DNA of 63,594 bases, filler included, from Salisapilia sapeloensis CBS 127946 (taxonomy: Eukaryota > Protista > Oomycota): NCBI GenBank assembly GCA_023334545.1. It is 4 parts of 4 records of this genome, joined end to end, with 100 filler letters (N's around TTAATTAATTAA, not from the genome) between each part and the next. Parts side by side here need not be neighbours in the genome. Positions count along the whole stretch, not along the records: positions 51,992 to 60,715 come from JAADVB010000479.1; positions 60,816 to 63,594 come from JAADVB010000847.1; 2 more parts are not named here. One strand, 5' to 3'. Below are positions 51,992 through 62,791 of the stretch, piece by piece (the stretch's first letter is position 1; each line of letters starts with the position of its first letter). The position numbers and the translations under genes were made by a program. A model generated the notes under the pieces. It saw only the letters and a program-made list of their open reading frames with translations. It had not been told where the DNA came from and made no database searches.

Positions 51992-52360
51992 AGTGGGATA
52001 TGCCTTGGACTCGCACCCGTTCCCGTGTTCAGACATGCATGGAAACATCTGTCGGTCGCTCCAAGCCATGGCATGGCACCGTCCTGCCGTCCTCTGGATT
52101 GCTTGTTCAGGACTACTGCTGAGATAGTAGACGTATTAATTCCGTACCCCAGGTTGGACAGGCCAGAGACTAGGTTGATTTCAAATATATTGGCTGTCTG
52201 CCTAGATACCCATACACATTGTCGACCCTACTCTTGTAGAGCACAGAATGTAGTCAAAAAGGTTTTGTATCGTCATTATTAGCTCCGATGCCTCATCTAA
52301 AGGACAAGCGCCGTACGAGGTGCGGAGGGTTTAATGACTACTGACTCTGTATACCCTGAT

Positions 52361-53833
52361 CTATTTGCGTGCCGAGAAGAGTGCCTGAATCTCATCCGCT
52401 GACTTCCCACGCGTTTCCGGCAGGAAAAAGTAGAAGAAGACGATGAACACGGTGAGGAAACCGATGAAGGGGAGGAAACTCAGGTCGCCAATAGCTGTCA
52501 CAATGTACGGGTAGGAGATGCCGACTGCCAGATTGCAGAGCCAGTTGACAGCGATGCACAAAGAGACTCCGTTGGAGCGGATGGCATGTGGGAAGAGCTC
52601 AGGTAGGACGACGTAGACCAGAGGTCCGATGCCGATGCTGAAGCCACATGCATACGTTGCCGAAAAGACGATTGACAGGACGGCTACTTCACACGTCAAG
52701 GAAATGGTGATGCAGATGGCACTGAGGAGCATGACCACAAGGCCGATGAGGATCATGCGACGGTTTCCATACGTACTAGACAGGTAGCCGACCATAAAGT
52801 TTGGAATACAGTTGACACCAGAGATGACGATGGTACCAATGCGGTCATCCGAGACACCAGCCTCTGTGAAGAGTTGAGACGAAAAATAAAAGACAGAGTT
52901 CACACCACCGAGTTGCTGCGCACTTCCGAGTACGAGAGCGACGATCAAGGGTGCAGCAGTAGCCTTTGAGAATAGATGGATAGAGGTTTCCTCTTTCTCG
53001 ACGACAGACGAAGTCGGATCTTGCGTGATGGGCCGCGCAACGTCCAACTCGTCGCTTTGAAGCCAACCGAGGGCCGTAGGCACGTTCTCTCTTCCGTACA
53101 ATCGAGCTAACACACCCTCCGCTTCCTCCTGTCTTCCCTTTGAAAGCAGCCACACAGGACTCTTCACTGCCCACTTGAGCGAAAGCACGAGGAACAGGAG
53201 AGCGAGGACGATGGGGAAGCCGGCAATGTACCGCCAGCCCGACTCGGTATTGGCAAAGAAGAAGGTGATGGATACGAGGAGGATACCGATGGAAACCGAC
53301 AAGTTGAAGCCCGAGCCGAGCGTACTTCTCAAGTGGGGCGGGGAGATCTCGCCAATGTACATGCTTACAATGCTCGTGGCACAGCCAGAGCCAATGCCTG
53401 CAAGCAGTCGGCCAACCGTGAATGCCCACACGTTCGAGACAGACAGTTGGATGACGGCGCCGGCAATCATGATGATGCAGTCCATGCGCAGCATAAAGAG
53501 ACGGCCGAAGCGGTCGGCCAGACCTCCCGTCGACAGCGAGCCGATCATACCTCCGAGAATCCATGCGTTGACGGCGAACGTCCACTCGAGTTTCGAGTGG
53601 CCAGGGAACATTAGGCAGGTGCCAGCTTCCACAGGTTCTGCATTGCAGTCGTGCTCGTCGTTAAATGTCGACAAGTTGAGCTGGCTTAGGCTCCATCCGT
53701 ATTGAATCGGTAGTAAAAGTGGCGTGAGGGCGCTAATGAAGAGGATGGCATTAGGTCGCAGCACGGGCGGATTAGACTGGTGCGGTTCGTCGCCGTTAGC
53801 GACGTACGGGCCTTCAGTAGCAGGGGACTTCAT
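52361..53833 (-). CDS. MFS sugar porter (GLUT-like)
   Basis: Likely ATG at 53833. LADRFGR, GRLLAGIGSG, YIGEISPPHLRS, QQLGGVNSVFYFS, GIGPLVYVVLPELFP, NWLCNL, PETRGK; 12 TM. Confidence 0.95.
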   Translation of the reverse strand: MKSPATEGPYVANGDEPHQSNPPVLRPNAILFISALTPLLLPIQYGWSLSQLNLSTFNDEHDCNAEPVEAGTCLMFPGHSKLEWTFAVNAWILGGMIGSLSTGGLADRFGRLFMLRMDCIIMIAGAVIQLSVSNVWAFTVGRLLAGIGSGCATSIVSMYIGEISPPHLRSTLGSGFNLSVSIGILLVSITFFFANTESGWRYIAGFPIVLALLFLVLSLKWAVKSPVWLLSKGRQEEAEGVLARLYGRENVPTALGWLQSDELDVARPITQDPTSSVVEKEETSIHLFSKATAAPLIVALVLGSAQQLGGVNSVFYFSSQLFTEAGVSDDRIGTIVISGVNCIPNFMVGYLSSTYGNRRMILIGLVVMLLSAICITISLTCEVAVLSIVFSATYACGFSIGIGPLVYVVLPELFPHAIRSNGVSLCIAVNWLCNLAVGISYPYIVTAIGDLSFLPFIGFLTVFIVFFYFFLPETRGKSADEIQALFSARK

Positions 53834-54276
53834 CAAACGATAGGACTGGACGCAAGAGCTGAACTGACACCAATCCTCACCTACCGACTCTAGAGCGATA
53901 TACAGGAGAGTATACAATCGGCGATACTGATGACCTGCTCAGAATATAGGCACCGTCCGTATGTATTTCGGATATGTCGGTGATGTGTCACATAAGTCGG
54001 AACAATGTTGTATCAGAAGAGAACAAGCTGATTTGAAAAGGAATACAATTTTCTTTAGGTTACAGAAGCTTACTAGACATGGCTGAGCCTTCCGTTATAC
54101 TACAGTAGTGCTTCGATCGCACTGGAGGTGGCAAGGTCATTCCGATGTGATCTTGCTTTATATCGTGTGTCGGCGTAGAGTACAGCACTCAACGTTGGGA
54201 TTGTAGGTTACATCTCGCGCGCTAACCTTTGGACGCGTCGAGATTTAGTATGGTACATGAAGTCGTCGCGTTTTCT

Positions 54277-54651
54277 TTAGTGGGTAAAAGCACCCTGAAA
54301 GAAGACTGGGGTCGTTCTTTCCGCTAGTCCTGGACGAAGTCCATGTAACGTTGTTTCAGTGTTTTGGTTCGATTGAAACTCTGGACGTTGACCAAGACCA
54401 AAACTTGTCGGATCACCGACGGTAGAGTCGCTTCCTCCAAATAATAGGAAAGACATGGGTTCAAACACGCTGCTTCGCTGTGAATTCCTTTCTTCACTGC
54501 TTATAGCTGTTTCGAGCATAGTCATGAGCGACTCGCGGTTAATCGGGCGAAGACTGCAGAGTCCCGCTCGAGTTGCTTGTCTGGCAACCGATGCTTCTCG
54601 GCAAGGCTTGAAGAGGCATCCAAGGCCGATAGCTTGTAGGAATCGTATCAT
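54277..54651 (-). CDS. Hypothetical small protein C with FEPMSFLLFGGS motif (124 aa)
   Basis: ATG-initiated ORF that shares a 12-aa motif with the two upstream ORFs; CCAAT-like element near 54900. Confidence 0.65.
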   Translation of the reverse strand: MIRFLQAIGLGCLFKPCREASVARQATRAGLCSLRPINRESLMTMLETAISSEERNSQRSSVFEPMSFLLFGGSDSTVGDPTSFGLGQRPEFQSNQNTETTLHGLRPGLAERTTPVFFQGAFTH

Positions 54652-55069
54652 GGGAGACTTTTGAGTGCTGTCAATTCAATTCGATGCTCAGGAGAAAATT
54701 AGATTGTGATGGAAGTGCCAGCCAGCGCATTCTTGGCTGACAGGATCGTAGGTTCCTCACTTGCGTATGGAATAAATATCCAGAAAGCGAGAGAAAAGGA
54801 GTCGGCCATCATGTAGGGTGTCAGATATGTGCGACGTGCAGTCAATAGCATCATCTGCACTCTGGTCTTCAGAAAAGACGAAAGAAATGCGGAGGCGACC
54901 AATCTCAATTTATTTCTCTACTCCTGCTGTCAAGCAGCACATCTAGCTCTATAAAAATATACGAATGGGCTGGCGGGTCGTTGCTTAAATTTCATACTCT
55001 TCCGGGTCCGTAACGATGACGCTCTTTCGGACGCTGGCCTCGCTGTCAAGCGACATGAAAAACACTATA

Positions 55070-55507
55070 TCATGAGGGATTAATAATGCACAGGGTTTCG
55101 ACTATCGGATCGTACAGCACCACTTTACCTGGATACTCTTGCTTGAGAGAAAAGCGTAGAGAAGCGCCATCGATGGCGTCTTCCTCTGGAGTATTGGGTT
55201 TAAACATGTCCGGACGTTCGCTCCCACCAAAGATCACGAACTCACATGGTTCATATGCAGAGTCTGTATCCACGTCTTCTACTTCTCGAGGAGCTACCGA
55301 CTGCATCGGAGCTTCAGCGGCAGGTGACCGTGCGGGCAAGGCCGGCATCGTCGCTCGCACTGCGCCAGCGAATGTATTACGTTGTGTCGCCCCTGTACTC
55401 GCAGACGCTGGCGCCGATGCCGTGGACCTGGAGCCAGTGGTGCGTCGCTGTTCAATCTCCCTCTTCTTCTGGAAGAGCTTTCCGATGGACCTCATGAACC
55501 CTTTCAT
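55070..55507 (-). CDS. Hypothetical small protein B with YEPCEFVIFGGS motif (145 aa)
   Basis: ATG ORF with a basic amphipathic N-terminus, an A/S/T-rich linker and the shared motif; INR-like CGTCATTTCGTCAATT at 55545-55530. Confidence 0.72.
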   Translation of the reverse strand: MKGFMRSIGKLFQKKREIEQRRTTGSRSTASAPASASTGATQRNTFAGAVRATMPALPARSPAAEAPMQSVAPREVEDVDTDSAYEPCEFVIFGGSERPDMFKPNTPEEDAIDGASLRFSLKQEYPGKVVLYDPIVETLCIINPS

Positions 55508-55616
55508 ACTGGTCTGTGTGCTAGTGGTTAATTGACGAAATGACGATGGAGGGATATAAAAAGTCTTTTGTTGAGTTTATGACATACAATTTGAATACGA
55601 ACAGCAAGAGGGATAA

Positions 55617-56489
55617 TTAGGCCGTGAGCGTCGGACGGAAGAGCCGCGGCATGTGCGAGAGGCTCGAATAGTTGTAGCGAGGAGTGCTGTTCGTTCTCTG
55701 GATGCGAGTGATGAGACTCTCACGCATGTACTCGTCGGATTGAAGAGGCTTTGGCTCGACACTCTCATGCACATCATCCGGACAGCCTCCGAAGAAAACA
55801 AACTCCATTCGTTCGAGTTTCGTTTCGGAGCGCTGTCGAACGACTTGAGGTTCTGCCTGTTGTTTGGATGCTTGAACAGCGTCGTATTCGGTGTTAAAGC
55901 GCTCGATGATGTCGCTATCGAGGCTGAATCTTTCTTGCGTCTCGTTTGAACGAGCGTCCGAGGGCACAGATTCCAATGTCTGAGCCCTGGTCTCTCGCTT
56001 ACTCTTTTTCTTGTCTTTCTTCTGCTTGCGCTCCTTGCGGAAGTGCTTGGACGACATTCGTCCGAACTCTCTTGGTTCTCGAGAGGCAGACACTGTGTCA
56101 TTGGACTCCATCATCTTCTCCGAACCTGATCGGCCGAACAGAGCGAGTGAAGAGATGCGTCCGAATAAGGAGCACCGGGACGATCGGCGAGTTTCTTCAT
56201 CATCGGCATTTTCCTCCACGTCTCTTTCCGTGGACTGGTGTTGAGAACCGTTCTCTTGCGACATCCACATATTGCGGCATTCTTGAATGAACCGCTCGTC
56301 GTCTTGACTTGACGTTGGCGATTCCATCCAGTTGGCGGCTTGGAAACTCCAGTTGGGCGATGCAATTTCCGTTGCCGAGACATGGATGACACTTGGTCCC
56401 GACACTGACTCATGGCGACGTGTGTTAACGGGCTCTGGCGGAGCAGAGGCACGACGTCGGATACCGAAGAATGAACTGATGCGAGTCAT
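55617..56489 (-). CDS. Hypothetical disordered protein A with LERMEFVFFGGC motif (290 aa)
   Basis: First ATG at 56489 (MTRISSFFGIRRRASAP); S/R/E-rich, with a lysine-rich NLS-like block and the shared motif. Confidence 0.78.
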   Translation of the reverse strand: MTRISSFFGIRRRASAPPEPVNTRRHESVSGPSVIHVSATEIASPNWSFQAANWMESPTSSQDDERFIQECRNMWMSQENGSQHQSTERDVEENADDEETRRSSRCSLFGRISSLALFGRSGSEKMMESNDTVSASREPREFGRMSSKHFRKERKQKKDKKKSKRETRAQTLESVPSDARSNETQERFSLDSDIIERFNTEYDAVQASKQQAEPQVVRQRSETKLERMEFVFFGGCPDDVHESVEPKPLQSDEYMRESLITRIQRTNSTPRYNYSSLSHMPRLFRPTLTA

Positions 56490-58006
56490 AGGGATAGTTG
56501 GTAGATCTTCAAATGGGGTAGTATGCGATTGGAAGCAAGTTGTCAACTGAGGTTGCTTTCGTCGAAACTTTGGTAGTAGTCAGATGAAACCGATGGATTG
56601 GGAAGGCGATGGCCATTGACAGTAGGAGGTCGGATGGCGCCATGAAAACCGTTGTTATCAACTCCAGTTACTGCTGCCGATCCCAAGAAGGAAGCGAGCG
56701 ACGCGGAAAAAACTCAAATTCCATATGCCAACTTCTCACGAATGGAAACCTGGTGATTTAGAGACAAGTACTTGCGGACTGTATGTTCCGACCAGAATAT
56801 CGTTTTCGCGTAATATGCGAAACGTTAAATTCATTACTTTGATACACCGACTTGAAAGGCGACCTTTGGTAATCATCTCTCTACCGTCTACAGGGAATGA
56901 GGAGTCGCACATGATACGGAATATCAGGCGTGAAGCGACGCGAGCCAGCGTTGGCTCATGCGTCTCTTGGCATGTGCTCTAGACGACGCTTCAGGATCCA
57001 TTCGCAGCTTCCACTCTATCTTTCAAGTCAGTACCTCCCGTTACCGCGCTAGCGGCTTTGCTTGTCATAACCAGCAGAAAGTTGCCACAGGAAGCAAACG
57101 ACAGCGAAATGTAGCTGCAAAGCTTGCATGTAAAGTGCTACTGCCCAAATTACCACCGAGTCTGACGTACTTCATGCCATCGCACCAAGGTGGAGCAATA
57201 TTCCGCGAGCGCGAGTACAAGCTTCGCGTAACACTGCTGGCATCCATCAAGGCCGTGTTTGTCATAGTGTGTTTGCTTCCGTTATTACGCTAGAGGAGAT
57301 TGCTTTCATATATGAGCATTTTGACTGCTTGAATTGATCAAAATGGCATTTTTGGCACGAGCACTTTTCATGTTCTATGTAGATAGATAGCTTGGAATCC
57401 TTGAATACGTTCTAGGGTCTGCAGAGACTTTAATTAAGTATGTTACGGTCGTATTGTGTCTGCCTTTAATAGCGCTTAGTCGAAAAAACTGTAAACTGTA
57501 CTGACACACTCTTTATGCACCGGAGAGAAATTTAAACTTGGAAAATATTTCGTTTCGTACTTTGGTGTCTAGATATTATTATGCTTATCCACCCAATTAT
57601 TGTGGCGACTATTGCTTCGATTGCATTGTACTTGTTGGAAAGAAACATAACAATTCTATATTGGACTTTCGAAAGTTACTGCGTATCGATGTTGATGTAG
57701 TAAGTTTCTATTTGATCTGTGCTGGACCAATTTTATCTTATTCAAGCGATTTCACATATCGTAGATATAAAAAGAAGTCACGTTGTCAAAATTCTCGAAT
57801 GCACAAAGTCCTATGGACTAAAACAACGAAGCTGGATGGACGATTCTTATCTGCTCTAAACCATGCCACTACTTTGCCTGTATTGATTGCTGTGCAATGA
57901 TATGCACGCAAAGCAAAGCTTAACCTGCATCATTAGGGCCTTTGCACCTATACGTCCTCTACTCTCCAAAGAACACGGGATTTAGAATGTCTTTGACGAA
58001 ATCATG

Positions 58007-59136
58007 TTAAATAGGATTGCGATTTCGAAGCCACGGATGGTCTTTCGCTTCGTCCATGGTCATGCGTTCCCGTGGTCGAACTTGGAGAAGTCCTCGAATA
58101 AAGCTCTTCGCAGTCTCTGCTACCGGAGGTGTGCTAGGAAAAGTGTAGTCTAGATTTTTGATGCAAGTGTACTTGTCGCTCTCGTCTGTGTCTTGAAAGG
58201 GTGGCTCTCCCACCAAAAGTTCATATGCGAGGACGCCGACGGCCCAGCAATCTGTCTTGACGTCATACGCCTCATTCTTTAGCATCTCTGGACTCAGGTA
58301 ATGGGGTGTGCCGCACAACGTCCGACGACGATCGTGCTGCTGCGGTGCGTGCACTGCCCATCCAAAATCGGCCAATTTCAGAGTGTCGTCGGATGAAAGC
58401 AGCAAATTCTCCGGCTACGCATTATAAAAGAAACATCAGTATAAACAGCGTACCATGTAAATAAGGTCCAAACCTTGAGATCTCGGTGAATAACGTTACA
58501 GTCGTGGCAGTAAGCGAGCGCAGAGACGACTTGGGTAATGTAATGGGCGGCGAGGTCATTGGAAAAGTGTTTTGCTTTTTGTAACTTTCGGTACAGATCC
58601 CCGTTGGAAGCGTACTCGAGAATGACGTAGACGCTGCTGAGATCGTGAAAGTAGCCGTAGAGACGAAGGATGTTGGGATGACGGAGCCTCGACTGGATCT
58701 CCACTTCTCGGCGCAGATTGGCGATGCCACCATCGTGCCGTAATGGAGCAATATAGAGTACTTTAAGTGCAACTACGACGTTGGTTACTTTTTGACGAGC
58801 AAGCCAAACGTGGCCGAACTTACCACTACCCAACTCTTTGGATGTGTAAAAGTCGTCCAGTTCCCATTTTCGGTCTGGAAAGACCATTGGTTGCGTATTG
58901 CTATCTGGATAGTTTTCAGTCGTTTGAGTCGAGTTGGGTGGAGATTGCATCAAAGTGGAAGTTGATGGTTGGTTTTGCTTTTGTGCAGGTGGCGATGGCG
59001 TCGCAATGGTGCTAAGTCGAGCATTGTTTGTGTTTTGTATGTCTGTAAACGAGAGCAGACGAGCAGTTTTGAGTGTCGGTGGCTCTGGACTATCATTATC
59101 AATGGAGGAGACGGACTCAGACAATTGCGAGCTCAT
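58007..59136 (-). CDS. Aurora kinase, 2 exons (about 356 aa)
   Basis: Exons 59136-58474 and 58414-58007. WELDDF..LGSGKFGHVWLAR, LRREVEIQSRLRHPNILRLYGYFHD, HRDLK|PENLL, ADFGW, RRRTLCGTPHYLSPEM. Confidence 0.95.
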
Positions 59137-60715
59137 GGGCGATAGACGTTTCGCTTTTTGTTGTCCGTGAAGGTATCAAATTCGATGTAGAATTTGTATG
59201 GTGTAGTAGAACTTGGTATTTGTATGTGGCCTTAGCATTTAAATTGTGTGTTCAAATTTGGCGGGAAATGGATCAGTTCATGCTGATACGAAAAGATCGT
59301 CAGTAGCTGGCATGTTGCTCCGCGCTTACTTATAAAGAAAAGATAATAATAAGCAAAACTACTTTAAACTTCATCGCTGACTTGGTGTTCTTTCTTTTTG
59401 CATTGCTATAAAGCCATGTGATGTTCGCAGTGCAGCATCGCTCTAAGGGAAAATTGCAACAATGACTCAAGCCCAGAGGCTTTTTACGATTTAGCATAGT
59501 TTGTCTGCAGCAACTACAACATGCAAAAAGTGAAGGAAATAAAAAATGGGAGCATGGAGCGGTATTCATCCTAGATTACCGGTAATATAACCCTTTTAAA
59601 AACAAAGGCCGCCTGAAGCGTATGCTTTCGCCTCACTCTGAGCAAATTGGAACCTGCAAAGTCTATAATATCTACAATCATGTTGCCAGATGACAGTTAA
59701 AGTAGATATGAGTTGTCAGCGCAGGATCTTGAGCTTGGGTGGAACCTGAGACCCATTCGGTTAGTTACTACGATGCTCTTTGTGGTTAAACTATGGTTGG
59801 AGTAGAATACGCTGTACGCGAGAGTTTTAAAGTATTCACCACTTAACAGTGCCGTATTCAAAGCTGTTAAGATGGAGTGCTTTCTTCATTAGGTTAAAAA
59901 GACCCTATAGTCTACTAGGACAGAGATAAAAGCGTCGAAATACGCTGCATCAAGATCTTGGCTCAGTGATCTAACATGCTTCAGTATCAGGCCATAGCTC
60001 ATGTTTACCTCATTACGATGATAACATGCCCATCTAATTTGGAAACATGCATTAAATCTGTGTATGGATACCGCCTGGTTCTCCCGCTTTGGACCTACGC
60101 TTGGTATATGTTTTCATTGTGCCACTTTATCATGAATTGTTAACATACAGTTCTATCGCTAACAGTTTGCATGTAAGTTTCTAAACTGTACTCGATCACT
60201 TAACTCTGAAGGGGTAGGCGGTAAGCGGTAGATGTGATTATGGACTTGTTGCAGGATGACAAAGAGGAATACATGAAGCAAATTTTTATTATTCGAAGAT
60301 TATACAGTAAATAAGGAATCAAGATAGCTCAGTCTAGTAATGAAAGTATCAAAAGGTTAACGACAAACCTATCCGAGGCGAGGGTTTAAAATGGGGTGAG
60401 AACGCAGCCCACCCTAAGAAATTATACAAGAGAAATTAAGCGGAAAAGTGTCATAGTCGACGGTAACTTTGAACAGAGTCTACTGCTAACGAAGGCAAAT
60501 CTCATCGCCCAACATCACAATTCAAATGTCAAGTTTCTTCTCTTTTGAGTCCACAGTGACCTTAATCATCCTGCCGAAGTCGCAGCTCAGTCATCTTTAG
60601 CCACGCTAGCTGCCGATCACGCTCTCGGTCTTTCAAATCAAGCTCCACCGAGCTGGTCCTCCATACATTTTCAATTATCATATCCCATTCCTCTGAATCA
60701 GTCGAAGCGCCTCGC

Positions 60716-60815
60716 NNNNNNNNNNNNNNNNNNNNNNNNNNNNNNNNNNNNNNNNNNNNTTAATTAATTAANNNNNNNNNNNNNNNNNNNNNNNNNNNNN
60801 NNNNNNNNNNNNNNN
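60716..60815. other. Assembly gap with TTAATTAATTAA linker (60760-60771)
   Basis: Directly visible. Confidence 0.98.
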
Positions 60816-61375
60816 ATACATTCCCCATCCAAAGATATTGGCTTTCCCACTTTTGTCCAAGTACGGTTCGCAACGGTCAAGCGGCGTGTATCTATGCTTG
60901 TCCGAGTTTTGCACACTTTCTTCAAGCTTTAGAACAGCGACATCGTATTCAACTGTAGTTGGACTATAATCTGGATGCCCAAAAGCATTTTGCACAGGTA
61001 TTTTTGCCCTTTGCCATCGCTGTTATCCCGAAAACGTGTATCGGTCATCACAGTAATTGGTAGATGCTCACCGTTTTTGAGATCCTTGTCAATGGAGCAA
61101 TGTTCAGCAGGCACAACATAATTCTTAGATAGGAGAGACCCAGCGCAGCTTCTTTTCCCGCTTTTTAATTCTACTTCCAGGAGCACCACGCTGGAAATCT
61201 CGAGATCAAAGACTGGTCTGCCATTGGCGATACGACTCATATCTACAACCGAAAAGTTCATACCGACCGGAGTGGAAACAGTACCCGCGTCGTAAAAGTC
61301 CTCATTGGATGAAATGCAGCTCGTGGCGAAGGCTGCCAGCAACAAACACAATGTGAAAAATGCCAATGACGGCAT
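60816..61375 (-). CDS. Secreted trypsin-like (S1) serine protease homologue, one apparent frameshift, 3' end in the gap
   Basis: Signal MPSLAFFTLCLLLAAFATSC; RIANG, CAGSLLS..V.PAEHC (His), HPDY..EYDVAVLKL (Asp), A.IFGWG. The frame changes at the T5 run at 61001-61005. Confidence 0.75.
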
Positions 61376-62791
61376 GATGGTGATGCCAGGAGAAATCAAA
61401 TTCGAAACTACACGGATTGAGGTCAGGGTTTAGTTGAAAGCAATCCGAGGAAGCGGTGTCCACTTGCCTATCATTCGATATCCGTATTGGCACATCATCG
61501 GCTGTGCGGAGTTGAGCCTAAGGCTTAGGGAAGTCGCAGTATTTGTCCGCCTGCACTACTTCCATCGCATGGAGTAGTCATTTGTAGCAAGGGAGCAGAT
61601 CATATACAGCTTTATTATTTAGGTTTAATATTCTAGCTACATTATCATTAAAATGAAATGTCCTAGCTGTGCATTGCTTTCGTTCATTGCTTTGCTGTTC
61701 TGTAAAGTTGCTTTTGTTCAGCTTCCCTACGATTGCGCGGGCATTTGATAGTGCATATTCTAGGTTTCTCCACGCGGGTCTGTGGACCCACCGTCTCGAA
61801 GACGTTCATACTCAGCTATCTACTCCCATTTTGGTCATCTTTACTAAGATCAACAAATGCGAATGCCAAGTTTCTGTTCAACCTCGTCTATGTTGCGCCA
61901 TTGCCCGTCAGACAACTAGCATACGCTACGCTCGTAAACAGGCTTCGCTTGTTATCATCGATTTTCTACAATTACTTAAGAAGCTGCACCCAAATCAGCT
62001 CCATGAGATGGCTTGTGCAAGCCATAAGTCTGCTCCGTGCAATACACCAAGGAAGGAAGGAAGCTTCGCGAGGGACCAATACGACAGCATTCAATTCGTT
62101 TTTCCTATGGGCTGCTCACATCAACAAACGGGGCATTCAAGGCGGATAGATCTGCGTTGGTCCGCCAAGTTTCCACTGTCGAATTCGGCCATCTGCTTCT
62201 TCAGCTAGAGTCGCACGAAAGATTCCATCTATGACATCGGTGTTCTCTTGGTGGGAAACAAAAGACTTCATCTGATGGTGGCCATGGTTACTGTCATACA
62301 CCAAAACGCACTAGATTTCCACCTCCCTACGAATGCGACGTTTCATGTACGTCGAGTTGAAGAGTATCCTAGTGTAGCCATTGTAGCCACCACCGTGTAC
62401 CCTCTTCCAAAGCAGCAAGTAGATGTTCGCTGTATCTCTTTAAAGCATGACGGGTGCGCACTAGTCGGCAACGAAAGAACTAGATTATACTTCCAACCAA
62501 ATCTCAGCCACGTCGCTGAAGAGGAAGAAGCCATGCAGCGCAAGTGGTAACTTGGTCAGTGACCGCTCGCTCCCTTCTATGCACAGAGAGTCGATGTTTA
62601 TCACTCTCTCGATCGGGTCTTTCCACCACGAAAGCGTGACGAGCGTTGGACAGCCGAGTGCTTAGGCGGCTTTACCCAGGATACGAATCTCGGTCTCTCT
62701 CACCTCCCGTGGACAGTCCGAGCGTCGAAAGGTTCCGGGAGTCCATTCTCTCATTAGTACTCGACCCAGCATCAGCCTACATTCAACCACC

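Noticed and set aside
51992-52360. Continuation of the second expansin after the gap
   Set aside because: No expansin motifs in the plus-strand frames, so the gap hides more than its nominal 100 nt.
54430-55817. FGG motifs as kelch repeats or FG-nucleoporin repeats
   Set aside because: There is only one copy per protein in a disordered context, with no 50-aa kelch periodicity and no FG arrays.
60562-60714. 50-codon minus-strand open frame leaving the third gap (..EEWDMIIENVW..LKMTELRLRQDD*) as the trypsin C-terminus
   Set aside because: It has no GDSGG or other S1 features; at most it is the tail of an unrelated gene hidden in the gap.
61669-62550. Overlapping 179, 138 and 100-aa plus-strand ORFs
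   Set aside because: Some hydrophobic stretches suggest a decayed membrane gene, but there is no consistent frame, splice model or family.
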